The translations under genes were made by a program, and so were the position numbers. This document shows, piece after piece, positions 11,042 through 19,922 of a stretch of DNA of 64,000 bases. The stretch comes from Candidatus Latescibacterota bacterium (GTDB lineage Bacteria > Latescibacterota > UBA2968), in NCBI GenBank assembly GCA_965204375.1, contig OZ241986.1:2528001-2592000 (forward strand). The letters run 5' to 3'. A model generated the notes under the pieces. It was not told where the DNA came from and searched no databases. It saw only the letters and a program-made list of their open reading frames with translations. How positions within the stretch are numbered: the first letter of the stretch is position 1; the number at the start of each line of letters is the position of its first letter.

Positions 11042-11700
11042 CTAAGAATTCGAAGAGAAATACTTACCCAAAGAAATTACCATATCTTCGAGTCGCTAAT
11101 GTCTATGCAGACGAGTTGCGTTTAGAAGAAATCAAAGATATCGGTGTTAAAAAAGAAGAATTGAACAGGGTTTTATTGAAAGATGGAGATATGCTAGTTG
11201 TGGAAGGAAATGGTAGCCCTGACCAAATAGGTAGAGTTGCTATATGGAATGGAAGTATTTCACCGTGTGTTCATCAGAATCACATAATAAAAGCCAGATT
11301 CGACCCAGTGGAGATCGGAATGTATTGTATATATTGGCTTCTATCGATTGAAGGAAGAAAATATATCAGTCAAGTTGCCAGTTCTACATCAGGTCTTTAT
11401 ACACTCAGTATTTCCAAAGTGCAGGCACTCCCTGTCCCTATTCCACCATTGAGAGAACAGCAAGTGATTATTGAGGAAATAGATCGCTACCTCTCTGTTG
11501 CCGATGCAGTCGAAGCAACTGTTGATGCGGAACTCAAACGCTCTGATGCACTCCGTCAATCTATTCTTAAGCAGGCGTTCTCTGGCAAATTGGTTCCACA
11601 AGATCCCAATGATGAGCCAGCAGAAAAATTGCTTGAGCGTATTAAAAAAGAGAAGACCAAATGGGAAACCGCGCAAAAGACCAATAGAAAAGCAAAAAAA

Positions 11701-12251
11701 CAATTGGCGTTATTTGAGCATTGAAGATGCAATAATGTTGGCAGAGCAAGCATTGCATTTGGTGAGACCTTATGTTAAAATCAGGCGTTACCACACCTAA
11801 TAAGGGAACGTATCTCAAATTTGGAGAGGTGACACATTATGGAAACCCGGCACAAGGAACTCGATTTTGTGCGACCACTGGTAGATGACGGTGCACTACA
11901 ACAATTAGAGGAGATACGTCAAGAGGCTATGGAAGCATCGGCATTGGATAGCGAAATTGATCCTGTCCCAGATCAGGCATACGATGACGCACGTTCTTTG
12001 CTAAAAATGCTCTCTCATTACAATGTTCCCATGCCAGAAATTGGCTGGGCAGAAGATGGCAGCCTTGGACTTGAATGGCGACCAGAGAACGGCATAGTGA
12101 CAATGGGAGTCTATGGAGATACTCATGTCATCTACGGTGCTTTTTTTCACGATAAACGTCAAGTTGAAGGAATCTGTGCATTATCAGATACTGCCAGGTT
12201 GAGGGGCTTTCTTAAAAGCAATTGGCGTTATTTGAGCATTGAAGATGCAAT
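11701..12251. repeat. 33-bp direct repeat pair CAATTGGCGTTATTTGAGCATTGAAGATGCAAT (11701-11733, 12219-12251)
   Basis: Exact match read from the sequence; the first copy contains the hsdS stop codon. Confidence 0.9.
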
Positions 12252-12267
12252 GACCAAAAGGGGATAG
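11839..12267 (+). CDS. Hypothetical protein (P.I...DG.L.LEW-type)
   Basis: GAGAGG SD, 142 aa; the last residues are encoded by the second direct repeat. Confidence 0.65.
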   Translation: METRHKELDFVRPLVDDGALQQLEEIRQEAMEASALDSEIDPVPDQAYDDARSLLKMLSHYNVPMPEIGWAEDGSLGLEWRPENGIVTMGVYGDTHVIYGAFFHDKRQVEGICALSDTARLRGFLKSNWRYLSIEDAMTKRG

Positions 12268-12271
12268 AACA

Positions 12272-12562
12272 ATGGGAAAAACCACTCTTAAAATGCAGTT
12301 TCACCTTCCGATTGAAAACATCTCCCAAAAGCATCAAACGGAAGCCACAAAAAAGGCAAAAGCAGCCTTTGTGCTTGAACTTCTCCGACAAGGGGACATC
12401 AGCGCGGGAAAAGCGGCGGAACTTCTCAATGTTTCCCGATGGAAACTCTCGGAATTGATGGCTGACGCAGGGATTTCCGCCTTTGATGAAAGCCAGACAG
12501 CAGAAACTTTACAGGCGGAAGTTGACAATGCACTAAAAGATTTCGAGAAATCCACAATATAG
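12272..12562 (+). CDS. UPF0175 family putative antitoxin (HTH)
   Basis: ISAGKAAELLNVSRW..ELMADAGI pattern. Confidence 0.8.
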   Translation: MGKTTLKMQFHLPIENISQKHQTEATKKAKAAFVLELLRQGDISAGKAAELLNVSRWKLSELMADAGISAFDESQTAETLQAEVDNALKDFEKSTI

Positions 12563-12575
12563 GAGACCAATAAAA

Positions 12576-14111
12576 ATGCCATCAGAAGTTTCCAAATTAA
12601 ACGATCCAGCGTCAATTGTGCAAAAATTGTGGAATTACTGCAATGTCCTGCGCGATGACGGTGTCAGTTATGGCGATTATGTCGAGCAGTTGACCTACTT
12701 GCTTTTTTTGAAAATGGCCGACGAGCAGATCAGACCGCCCTACAACCGACAATCAATTATCCCATTAGATGCAGACGGTAATGAGCTTAATTGGCCCAGC
12801 TTGATTGAAAAAGACGGAGATGCTCTCGAAAACCATTACCGACACATCCTCACTGAGCTTGCCAGAGCCAGCGGGATGCTCGGGGTTATATTTCGCAAAT
12901 CTCAGAACAAAATTCAGGACCCGGCCAAGCTCAAGCGTATCATCTATCTCATTGATGGGGAAACCTGGATGGGAATGGATATTGACGTCAAGGGCGAGAT
13001 TTATGAAGGACTCTTGCAGAAAAACGCCGAAGATGTCAAGGGCGGCGCAGGCCAATATTTCACCCCGCGTCCCCTCATCAAGGCGATGGTTGAGGTCATG
13101 CGACCAAAGCCCGGTATGACGATCTGTGATCCCGCCTGTGGCACGGGCGGTTTCTTTCTGGCCGCGCACAAATATCTATCTGAGAACCACAGGTTAGATC
13201 GGAAGCAAAAGGAATTTCTGCGCTTCAACACGTTCACAGGCACGGACATTGTTGACGGCGTCGTTAGACTGTGCGCGATGAACCTTTATTTGCACGGCAT
13301 CGGCGGAGATGATAGCCCGGTCACAGTGGGTGACAGTCTGATCAGCGATCCCGGTGATCGCTTTGACATGGTGCTCACCAATCCGCCCTTTGGCAAGAAA
13401 AGTAGTGTCACCATCGTAAATGACGAAGGCAAGGCCGACAAAGAATCCCTCACCTATGAACGCGAGGATTTCTGGGCGACCACCTCCAACAAGCAGTTGA
13501 ACTTCTTACAGCACATCAAGACCCTGCTCAAAATCAACGGCAGTGCAGCAGTCGTACTGCCCGACAATGTACTCTTTGAAGGAGGTGCTGGTGAGACGGT
13601 TCGCAAGAAACTGCTACAGGAAGCTGACGCACATACCCTCCTTCGCCTGCCCACGGGCATCTTTTACGCGCAGGGCGTGAAAGCCAATGTCTTATTCTTT
13701 GACCGCAAGCCCGCGAGCGAGCATCCCTGGACAGAGAAGTTGTGGATTTACGACTTGAGGACGAACAAGCATTTTACGCTCAAGAAAAATCCATTGCGCT
13801 TTGAGGACTTGCAGGATTTTATCGCGTGCTACAACCCTGAAAATCGTCATGATCGCAAGGAAACCGAGCGGTTCAAGTGCTTTGCGTATGATGAGTTGAT
13901 GCAGCGAGACAAAGTGAGTCTGGACATTTTCTGGCTGCGAGATGAAAGTCTTGAAGAGTCTGAGAATCTTCCCGAACCAGATGTGATTGCCGCGGAAATT
14001 ACTGAAAACCTGGAGGCGGCATTAGAGCAGTTTGCGAGTATTTACGAGGAGATTGCTCCCAACGAGGATGGGGCGACTGAAGAGTATGAATATGTGACCC
14101 AAACAGATTGA
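12576..14111 (+). CDS. hsdM: Type I R-M N6-adenine methyltransferase M subunit
   Basis: KLWNYCNVLRDDG, GAGQYFTPR, DPACGTGGF, NPPF, LPDNVLFEGG. Confidence 0.96.
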   Translation: MPSEVSKLNDPASIVQKLWNYCNVLRDDGVSYGDYVEQLTYLLFLKMADEQIRPPYNRQSIIPLDADGNELNWPSLIEKDGDALENHYRHILTELARASGMLGVIFRKSQNKIQDPAKLKRIIYLIDGETWMGMDIDVKGEIYEGLLQKNAEDVKGGAGQYFTPRPLIKAMVEVMRPKPGMTICDPACGTGGFFLAAHKYLSENHRLDRKQKEFLRFNTFTGTDIVDGVVRLCAMNLYLHGIGGDDSPVTVGDSLISDPGDRFDMVLTNPPFGKKSSVTIVNDEGKADKESLTYEREDFWATTSNKQLNFLQHIKTLLKINGSAAVVLPDNVLFEGGAGETVRKKLLQEADAHTLLRLPTGIFYAQGVKANVLFFDRKPASEHPWTEKLWIYDLRTNKHFTLKKNPLRFEDLQDFIACYNPENRHDRKETERFKCFAYDELMQRDKVSLDIFWLRDESLEESENLPEPDVIAAEITENLEAALEQFASIYEEIAPNEDGATEEYEYVTQTD

Positions 14112-14128
14112 CAACAAAAGGAGTATTG

Positions 14129-15916
14129 ATGCAGAAAGATTATTCTGAAGTCAAAGGTCAACTGCGGAGTCAAGAGTGGTTCAACAACCCGCACAACATG
14201 GGCATGACAGCCGTCTATGTCGAACGCTACATGAACTACGGCTGGACGCGCGAAGAACTCCAATCGGGCAAACCCGTTATCGGCATCGCGCAAACGGGTG
14301 GTGACCTCACCCCCTGCAATCGCATTCACGTCGAATTGGTCGATCGCGTCAAAGCCGGTATTCGCGACAACGGCGGCATACCCTTTGAATTTCCCGTACA
14401 CCCCATAGCCGAGCAGGGCAAACGGCCCACGGCTGCTCTCGACCGCAACCTCGCCTACCTCGGACTGGTCGAAATCCTGCACGGCTATCCCATCGACGGC
14501 GTCGTGCTCACCACCGGATGCGACAAAACCACACCCGCCTGCATCATGGCTGCCTGCACCATGAACCTGCCCGCCATCGTCCTCTCTGGCGGTCCGATGC
14601 TCGATGGACACTGGCGCGGTCGCCTGGCCGGATCGGGCACAGTTGTATGGGAAGCCCGCGAACGCTACGCGGCTGGTGAAATCGACTACGACGGGTTCAT
14701 GGATATCGTCACATCATCCTCGCCCAGTGTGGGTCACTGCAACACAATGGGAACCGCCTTATCTATGAACGCATTGGCCGAAGCACTTGGATTATCGCTT
14801 ACCGGATGTGCGGCCATCCCCGCACCCTATCGCGCCCGCAAGCAAATGGCCTATCGCACGGGTCTGCGCATCGTCGATATGGTCAAAGAAGATCTCACCC
14901 CCGACAAAATTCTCACACCAGAGGCCTTCCAAAACGCCATTGTCGTCAACTCGGCGCTCGGCGGTTCGACCAATGCGCCGGTTCACATCACCGCCATGGC
15001 GCGGCACATCGGGCTGGAACTGCCGGCAAAAGACTGGCAAACATATGGTCACCATATCCCCCTACTCGTCAACTGCCAGCCCGCAGGCGAATACCTCGGC
15101 GAAGCCTTTTACCGCGCTGGTGGTGTGCCCGCCGTCATGACTGAACTCGTCAAAACCGGCAAACTCCACACCTACTGCCAGACCGTCACAGGCAAAACCA
15201 TAGGCGAAAATCTCAAAGACATTGCCATTGAAGACGAGCGCGTCATCAAGCCCTATGACCAACCCTTGAAAGAAAACGCCGGATTCATTGTACTCAGCGG
15301 CAACCTCTTTGAAGCGGGCCTGCTCAAAACCTCTGTAATTGGTGACGACTTCCGCAAAAAATATCTCCAGCGCGAAGGCGATCCAAACGCCTGGGAAGGC
15401 ACGGCAGTGGTCTTCGATGGTCCCGAAGATTATCACCACCGCATCAATGACCCCGATTTGCCCATCGACGAAAATGCCATGCTCTTCATACGCTATTGCG
15501 GCCCCGTGGGCTACCCCGGCTCAGCCGAAGTCGTCAACATGCTCCCGCCCGACCGCCTCGTGCAGGCTGGCATTTCCGAACTGCCCTGCATCGGCGATGG
15601 GCGTCAAAGCGGCACCTCTGCCAGCCCGTCCATACTCAACGCCTCGCCCGAAGCCACAGTGGGCGGTGGCCTTGCCTTTCTCAAAACAGGTGACCGCGTG
15701 CGCATTGACCTCAACACCTGCACGGCCAATGTCCTCGTCAGTGAACGGGAACTCGCCCAGCGCAAAAAGGACTGGAAACAACCCGATCTGGTCCACCAGA
15801 CACCCTGGCAGGAAATCTATCGCCAAAATGTGGGACAACTCGCCGATGGCGCGTGTATGGAACTGGCCGTCAAATACCAGAATGTACGCGACAACACCCC
15901 TCGCCATTCGCATTAA
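14129..15916 (+). CDS. IlvD/Edd family sugar-acid dehydratase (xylonate/arabinonate type)
   Basis: TPCNR.H, TTGCDKT, GHCNTMGTA, GGSTNA, GDGRQSGTS..SILNASPE; AAGGAG SD before ATG 14129. Confidence 0.9.
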   Translation: MQKDYSEVKGQLRSQEWFNNPHNMGMTAVYVERYMNYGWTREELQSGKPVIGIAQTGGDLTPCNRIHVELVDRVKAGIRDNGGIPFEFPVHPIAEQGKRPTAALDRNLAYLGLVEILHGYPIDGVVLTTGCDKTTPACIMAACTMNLPAIVLSGGPMLDGHWRGRLAGSGTVVWEARERYAAGEIDYDGFMDIVTSSSPSVGHCNTMGTALSMNALAEALGLSLTGCAAIPAPYRARKQMAYRTGLRIVDMVKEDLTPDKILTPEAFQNAIVVNSALGGSTNAPVHITAMARHIGLELPAKDWQTYGHHIPLLVNCQPAGEYLGEAFYRAGGVPAVMTELVKTGKLHTYCQTVTGKTIGENLKDIAIEDERVIKPYDQPLKENAGFIVLSGNLFEAGLLKTSVIGDDFRKKYLQREGDPNAWEGTAVVFDGPEDYHHRINDPDLPIDENAMLFIRYCGPVGYPGSAEVVNMLPPDRLVQAGISELPCIGDGRQSGTSASPSILNASPEATVGGGLAFLKTGDRVRIDLNTCTANVLVSERELAQRKKDWKQPDLVHQTPWQEIYRQNVGQLADGACMELAVKYQNVRDNTPRHSH

Positions 15917-15928
15917 ACCGACTGCATC

Positions 15929-16609
15929 GTGATATTTCCGACCCCCGAAGAATACACCGTCCTCATCCTATCGCTTAAAGTAGGCCTGCTCTGCGTGGTA
16001 ATAAGCCTGCCCTTTGCCGTATTGTTGGGATGGGTGTTGGCGCGCAAAAACTTTCGGGGCAAGCTCATCCTCGACGGCCTGTGTCACCTCCCCCTTGTAT
16101 TGCCGCCTGTGGTTGTCGGGTATCTACTCCTTCTCCTGTTGGGACGCAGAGGTTTTCTGGGTCAAATTTTGAGCGACTGGTTTGGATTGCAAATCGCATT
16201 TACCTGGCGAGGTGCTGTATTAGCCGCTGCTGTAGTGGGTTTTCCACTCATGTTAAGAGCTGTTCGCCTCGCCATCGAAAGTGTTGACCCCCGCCTTGAG
16301 CGCGCTGCTCGCACCCTGGGAGCCAATCCGCTCCGCGCCTTTTTCTCCATAACGCTGCGCCTGGCCACCCCGGGCGTGCTCGTTGGCTCTCTCCTCACAT
16401 TTGCCCGCAGCCTTGGCGAATTTGGCGCCACCATCACCTTTGTCTCCAATATTGCCGGCGAAACCCGCACACTCCCGCTCGCCATATTCACGTACATCAA
16501 CCAGCCCGATGGCGAAGCCGCTGCCGCACGCCTCGTCTTACTCTCCATAATCCTATCTCTGGGCGCACTCATCGCCAGTGAGACTATCGCCCGCAAAATG
16601 AAAAATTAA
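15929..16609 (+). CDS. modB: Molybdate ABC transporter permease
   Basis: LPLVLPPVVVGY, ERAARTLGA, FARSLGEFGAT. Confidence 0.93.
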   Translation: MIFPTPEEYTVLILSLKVGLLCVVISLPFAVLLGWVLARKNFRGKLILDGLCHLPLVLPPVVVGYLLLLLLGRRGFLGQILSDWFGLQIAFTWRGAVLAAAVVGFPLMLRAVRLAIESVDPRLERAARTLGANPLRAFFSITLRLATPGVLVGSLLTFARSLGEFGATITFVSNIAGETRTLPLAIFTYINQPDGEAAAARLVLLSIILSLGALIASETIARKMKN

Positions 16610-16615
16610 AACATC

Positions 16616-17677
16616 ATGCTCACCCTTTGCGTACACAGGCAACTCGCCGAATTTACCCTTCAAATCGATGTGACGTGTGCCTATCCCGTCACCGCGGTAT
16701 TTGGACCTTCAGGATCTGGCAAAACCACCCTCTTGAATCTCATAAGCGGTCTGATGCGACCAGATAGCGGTCAAATCAGCATTGACGACACCATTTTATT
16801 TCACGCTAAAAAAGGCATTGACCTGCCACCGGAAAAGCGACGTATAGGCCACGTATTTCAAGACGATTTGCTCTTTCCACACCTGACCGTGCGCCAAAAT
16901 CTCCTGTACGGGTATCAATTTCTCGCGCCATCAGAACGCAAATTTCATCCCGACACCATTATCGACCTGCTCGAATTGAACACCCTGCTCGACCGCCTCC
17001 CAAATCTCCTCTCAGGCGGTGAACGCCAGCGCGTCGCCCTGGGGCGAGCCATCCTGACTGCTCCCAGACTGCTCATCATGGATGAACCCCTGACCGCGCT
17101 CGATCAAGAGCTCAAAAACCGCATCATGCCCTATCTGCGCCACATTCGCACGGATCTGGGCATCCCCATGCTCTACGTCAGCCACGCAATTGGTGAAATT
17201 CTGCAACTCACCGGACAGGTCATTGTGCTCAACCGCGGACAAGTACTCGCGCATGGAGACTTCTTTTCTATCGCTCACCAGCCCAAAATTCTGCCCCTGC
17301 TCGAAGCGCATGGTTTTGAAAATGTCCTGCCCGTTGAAGTCATCGCATCCAATCGCGTGCAATACAACAACCAAATCCTCCATATCCCCCCCTGTGACCG
17401 CAGACCGGGCACACATATCTTTATAGGCATCCGGGCAAACGACATCATTTTGGGCCGACAACGACCTGCGGGTTTAAGCATTCGCAACGCCCTCTCTGGA
17501 TGGATTCTCGACATCGTTGAAACGCATGGGCGACGCCTCGTGTACCTCGATGTGGGTAAACGCCTCGCCGCCGAAGTCACGTCCGAAGCGATAGAGGAAT
17601 TGGCTTTAAAAATCGGCGATCCCGTAATTTGCCTGATAAAAACACACGCCATTCGCATAGGCCCAGATGTCTCTTGA
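16616..17677 (+). CDS. modC: Molybdate ABC transporter ATPase with TOBE domain
   Basis: GPSGSGKT, LSGGERQRVA, SIRNAL..IKT TOBE tail. Confidence 0.92.
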   Translation: MLTLCVHRQLAEFTLQIDVTCAYPVTAVFGPSGSGKTTLLNLISGLMRPDSGQISIDDTILFHAKKGIDLPPEKRRIGHVFQDDLLFPHLTVRQNLLYGYQFLAPSERKFHPDTIIDLLELNTLLDRLPNLLSGGERQRVALGRAILTAPRLLIMDEPLTALDQELKNRIMPYLRHIRTDLGIPMLYVSHAIGEILQLTGQVIVLNRGQVLAHGDFFSIAHQPKILPLLEAHGFENVLPVEVIASNRVQYNNQILHIPPCDRRPGTHIFIGIRANDIILGRQRPAGLSIRNALSGWILDIVETHGRRLVYLDVGKRLAAEVTSEAIEELALKIGDPVICLIKTHAIRIGPDVS

Positions 17678-17718
17678 GGCCTGCGCCACCTCCATTTCCT
17701 CAAAAAAATCAAAATTTC

Positions 17719-17747
17719 TGAAACCCATTCACAACCTGCACTGTCTA
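17719..17747 (+). promoter_or_regulatory. Putative ECF-sigma promoter TGAAAC-N17-TGTCTA
   Basis: Matches the general ECF AAC / GTC consensus; lies upstream of an ECF sigma gene. Confidence 0.35.
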
Positions 17748-17850
17748 TTTATGTGACATTGGGTAACTATTTTCTTACTTTTCGTTTCAAAGTGCATCCA
17801 AAGGGATGTAACAGTGAAGATGAAAGTTGCAAAAAATTCCGATTTCTTCC

Positions 17851-17879
17851 TTGACGTAATGAAGTTCTCTAACTATCTT
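17851..17879 (+). promoter_or_regulatory. Putative sigma-70 promoter TTGACG-N17-TATCTT
   Basis: Near-consensus hexamers with 17-bp spacing in a non-coding region. Confidence 0.5.
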
Positions 17880-18135
17880 TTTAAAGCTAAACAGTATTGT
17901 TGCAATCCACCAACCTCAATCAGGGAATCCATCGTGTATATCCGTAAACCCGCACCACAGGGCTGAGTCTCCTGGAAAGACATCCAGGGTAACACCTTTA
18001 CACGAGAAACTTTTGTGTTCAACTCGCTATTGTTGCCTTTAACCGTCCAATCCAGGATAGCTCGCAATTTGAATTGCACGCGCTCTTATTGCGCCTGGGG
18101 AGGACTATATGGCTTGTTGAATGCAAAAAAACACC

Positions 18136-18200
18136 GCCATCCTCTCCGGATGGCTTTTTTAATGGCCACAGCGCAAAACGAGACGCGGTGGCCCTTTTTT
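18136..18200 (+). terminator. Two tandem intrinsic terminators
   Basis: GCCATCC/GGATGGC plus T6 (18136-18160) and GGCCAC/GTGGCC plus T6 (18164-18200). Confidence 0.6.
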
Positions 18201-18295
18201 GTGAAAGGAGGCACTGTGATTATTTGACAAACGATTGGTAAACACAATACCTGGCTCACCATTTCTCCCCCTTCATCAGAGAAAGGAGATCTGAT

Positions 18296-18400
18296 ATGAT
18301 GTCAGTACAAATAGAAAGGCCCTCACGCGAGTCTTTGGCGGGACGACGTGAGGACCCCAGATCACACCGACAAGTATATGCGGTGTTCCGCATAATTTAG
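18296..18400 (+). CDS. Possible 34-aa small protein MMSVQIERPSRESLAGRREDPRSHRQVYAVFRII
   Basis: Strong AAAGGAGA SD 6 nt upstream; no homology recognised. Confidence 0.3.
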   Translation: MMSVQIERPSRESLAGRREDPRSHRQVYAVFRII

Positions 18401-18451
18401 GACAAATTTCCGATAACTGCAAATGGAATCATAAACTTGTGGAGAAATTAG

Positions 18452-18649
18452 ATGCAAACATGGAAGGATGTATTCCGCAGAAAAGAGGAATTGCAAAATC
18501 TGAAAAACATCGGATTCTGCTTTCTGATTGTCGTTATCCTCATCACGGGTTCTTATGCCCTGACGGGGTTGCGCGACATTTTTCAAGTCTCGCTTGCGGA
18601 GCCTACCGAGTGGGAAATCACCGCAACGCCTGACGATATTGACGAGTAA
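18452..18649 (+). CDS. Small single-pass membrane protein
   Basis: GGAG SD, hydrophobic IGFCFLIVVILITGSYAL segment. Confidence 0.55.
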   Translation: MQTWKDVFRRKEELQNLKNIGFCFLIVVILITGSYALTGLRDIFQVSLAEPTEWEITATPDDIDE

Positions 18650-18696
18650 ACGACCATCCGCAGAAAAATTGATAACCATTCACCAGAGGATTAACC

Positions 18697-19278
18697 ATGC
18701 AGTACGCAGAAGAGCGGGATCTGGTGCGTCGCACATTAAATGGCGATGCCGGGGCTTTCAACAGCCTTTACAAACGCCATCACGCCCGAATTCTCGCCAC
18801 ACTAATTGGACGAACCAGAAATCGACACGATGCTGAAGATTTGATGCAAGTGACTTTCTTGCGCGCCTATCGCGGTTTGTCCGGATTCCGCGGGGAAGCC
18901 GCATTTTCAACATGGCTGATGCAAATTGCCCTGAATGTGTGTACCACGCACATGCGATCCAAACAAGCCCGTCGATCGTGGCAACAAACCATTGAAGATC
19001 CACAACTCGGTTATCGAGATACGTGGGAGCCAGCCAGTACAGAGCGTCCCGACGATGCGTTATCTCGAAAAGAATGCCGCGAAATGCTCGAAGAGAGCAT
19101 AGAAGAACTGCCGCAGCGATATCGCCATGCCGTGCGCTTGCGCTATGTACAGGATCGATCTTATGCGGAAATTGCCAGAGAACTCGGCGTGCCGATGGGC
19201 ACCCTGAAAACCTGGCTTCATCGCGCGCGACACCAGTTGCAAGAATCTCTTAATGACACGGAACTTGCGGCAATGTAA
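18697..19278 (+). CDS. ECF (group 4) RNA polymerase sigma factor
   Basis: DAEDLMQVTFLRAY, FSTWLMQIALN, SYAEIARELGVPMGTLKTWLHRAR. Confidence 0.93.
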   Translation: MQYAEERDLVRRTLNGDAGAFNSLYKRHHARILATLIGRTRNRHDAEDLMQVTFLRAYRGLSGFRGEAAFSTWLMQIALNVCTTHMRSKQARRSWQQTIEDPQLGYRDTWEPASTERPDDALSRKECREMLEESIEELPQRYRHAVRLRYVQDRSYAEIARELGVPMGTLKTWLHRARHQLQESLNDTELAAM

Positions 19279-19343
19279 AACGTCTTACAACGTGTTATGG
19301 CAATAGCTGTTAAATTTTAACAACCAAAGGAGAAATTCATTTT

Positions 19344-19556
19344 ATGCACTGTGACATTTGCGGGCGCGAAAACGCGCACATCCACAAAATCGACCGCATG
19401 TATGGCAAGGGGAAACACACCGTCACCATTCGCAATATTCCCCTCGCGATATGTTCGACCTGTGATGAACGCTATTTTGCGCCTCGCATACCCGACAAAG
19501 CCGAGCAACTGAGTCCAGTACTTCACAAACACTCAGAATCGACTTGTCTCGCGTAA
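19344..19556 (+). CDS. YgiT/MqsA-type zinc-finger protein, copy 1
   Basis: CDICG..IRNIPLAICSTCDERYF; AAGGAG SD. Confidence 0.8.
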   Translation: MHCDICGRENAHIHKIDRMYGKGKHTVTIRNIPLAICSTCDERYFAPRIPDKAEQLSPVLHKHSESTCLA

Positions 19557-19567
19557 ACAAGTAGCTT

Positions 19568-19603
19568 AAAAAAAGCCGCCGATAGATGTACCGGCGGCTT
19601 TTT
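19568..19603 (+). terminator. Intrinsic (bidirectional-type) terminator
   Basis: AAAAGCCGCCG..CGGCGGCTTTTT. Confidence 0.75.
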
Positions 19604-19805
19604 AGTGTTCATTTTCGGACACTACTGTATCAAAATCGGACACTTGTCCCTATAATTAAACTTAGATGAAGCCAGCTATTTTTTCTTTACGCCAGTATCC
19701 AAATTTTTCAAAAAAAATTAAGCGTTTTATTTTCAACATGTTATGAATACGAAAAAGGGATCAGTCAGCAAAAAAGTGCCCAAAATATTGACCTATAAAA
19801 AATTT

Positions 19806-19820
19806 TGGCACGATTTTTGT
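19806..19820 (+). promoter_or_regulatory. Putative sigma-54 -24/-12 promoter TGGCACGATTTTTGT
   Basis: TGGCACG-N4-TTGT (consensus TTGC); IHF-like TTTCAACATGTTA at 19731-19743 and repeated TCGGACACT sites upstream. Confidence 0.5.
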
Positions 19821-19922
19821 TGTATTCAAATGCAAAATCAATTTCCGTCTGGTCATACTCGCGGTGGCGTAAAATGTTGAACAGATATTGCAACCGCGCC
19901 ATTTTAACAATCTGAGGACATC

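Larger units (their letters stand above)
8418..11724 (+). pseudogene. hsdS: Type I R-M specificity subunit interrupted by IS1380 (8418-9310 plus 11046-11724 gives 523 aa)
   Basis: PEGWVW, PLPPLSEQHRIVAKIEELF, LPEGWMW; removing the IS and one CTAA copy gives in-frame SGGLTKNSKRNTYPKKLPYLRVANVY, continuing into PIPPLREQ..SILKQAFSGKLVPQDPNDEPA. Confidence 0.93.

Noticed and set aside
11116-11724. Independent second hsdS gene
   Set aside because: It is the in-frame continuation of 8418-9310 after IS removal; TTG start with a weak SD and an incomplete TRD
4450-14111. R-M locus as a tRNA-integrated island
   Set aside because: It lies on the 5' side of the tRNA, and I saw no integrase or duplicated tRNA 3' end
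19298-19312. Sigma-54 promoter before zinc-finger copy 1 (TGGCAATAGCTGTTA)
   Set aside because: No GC or GT at the required GG-N10 spacing
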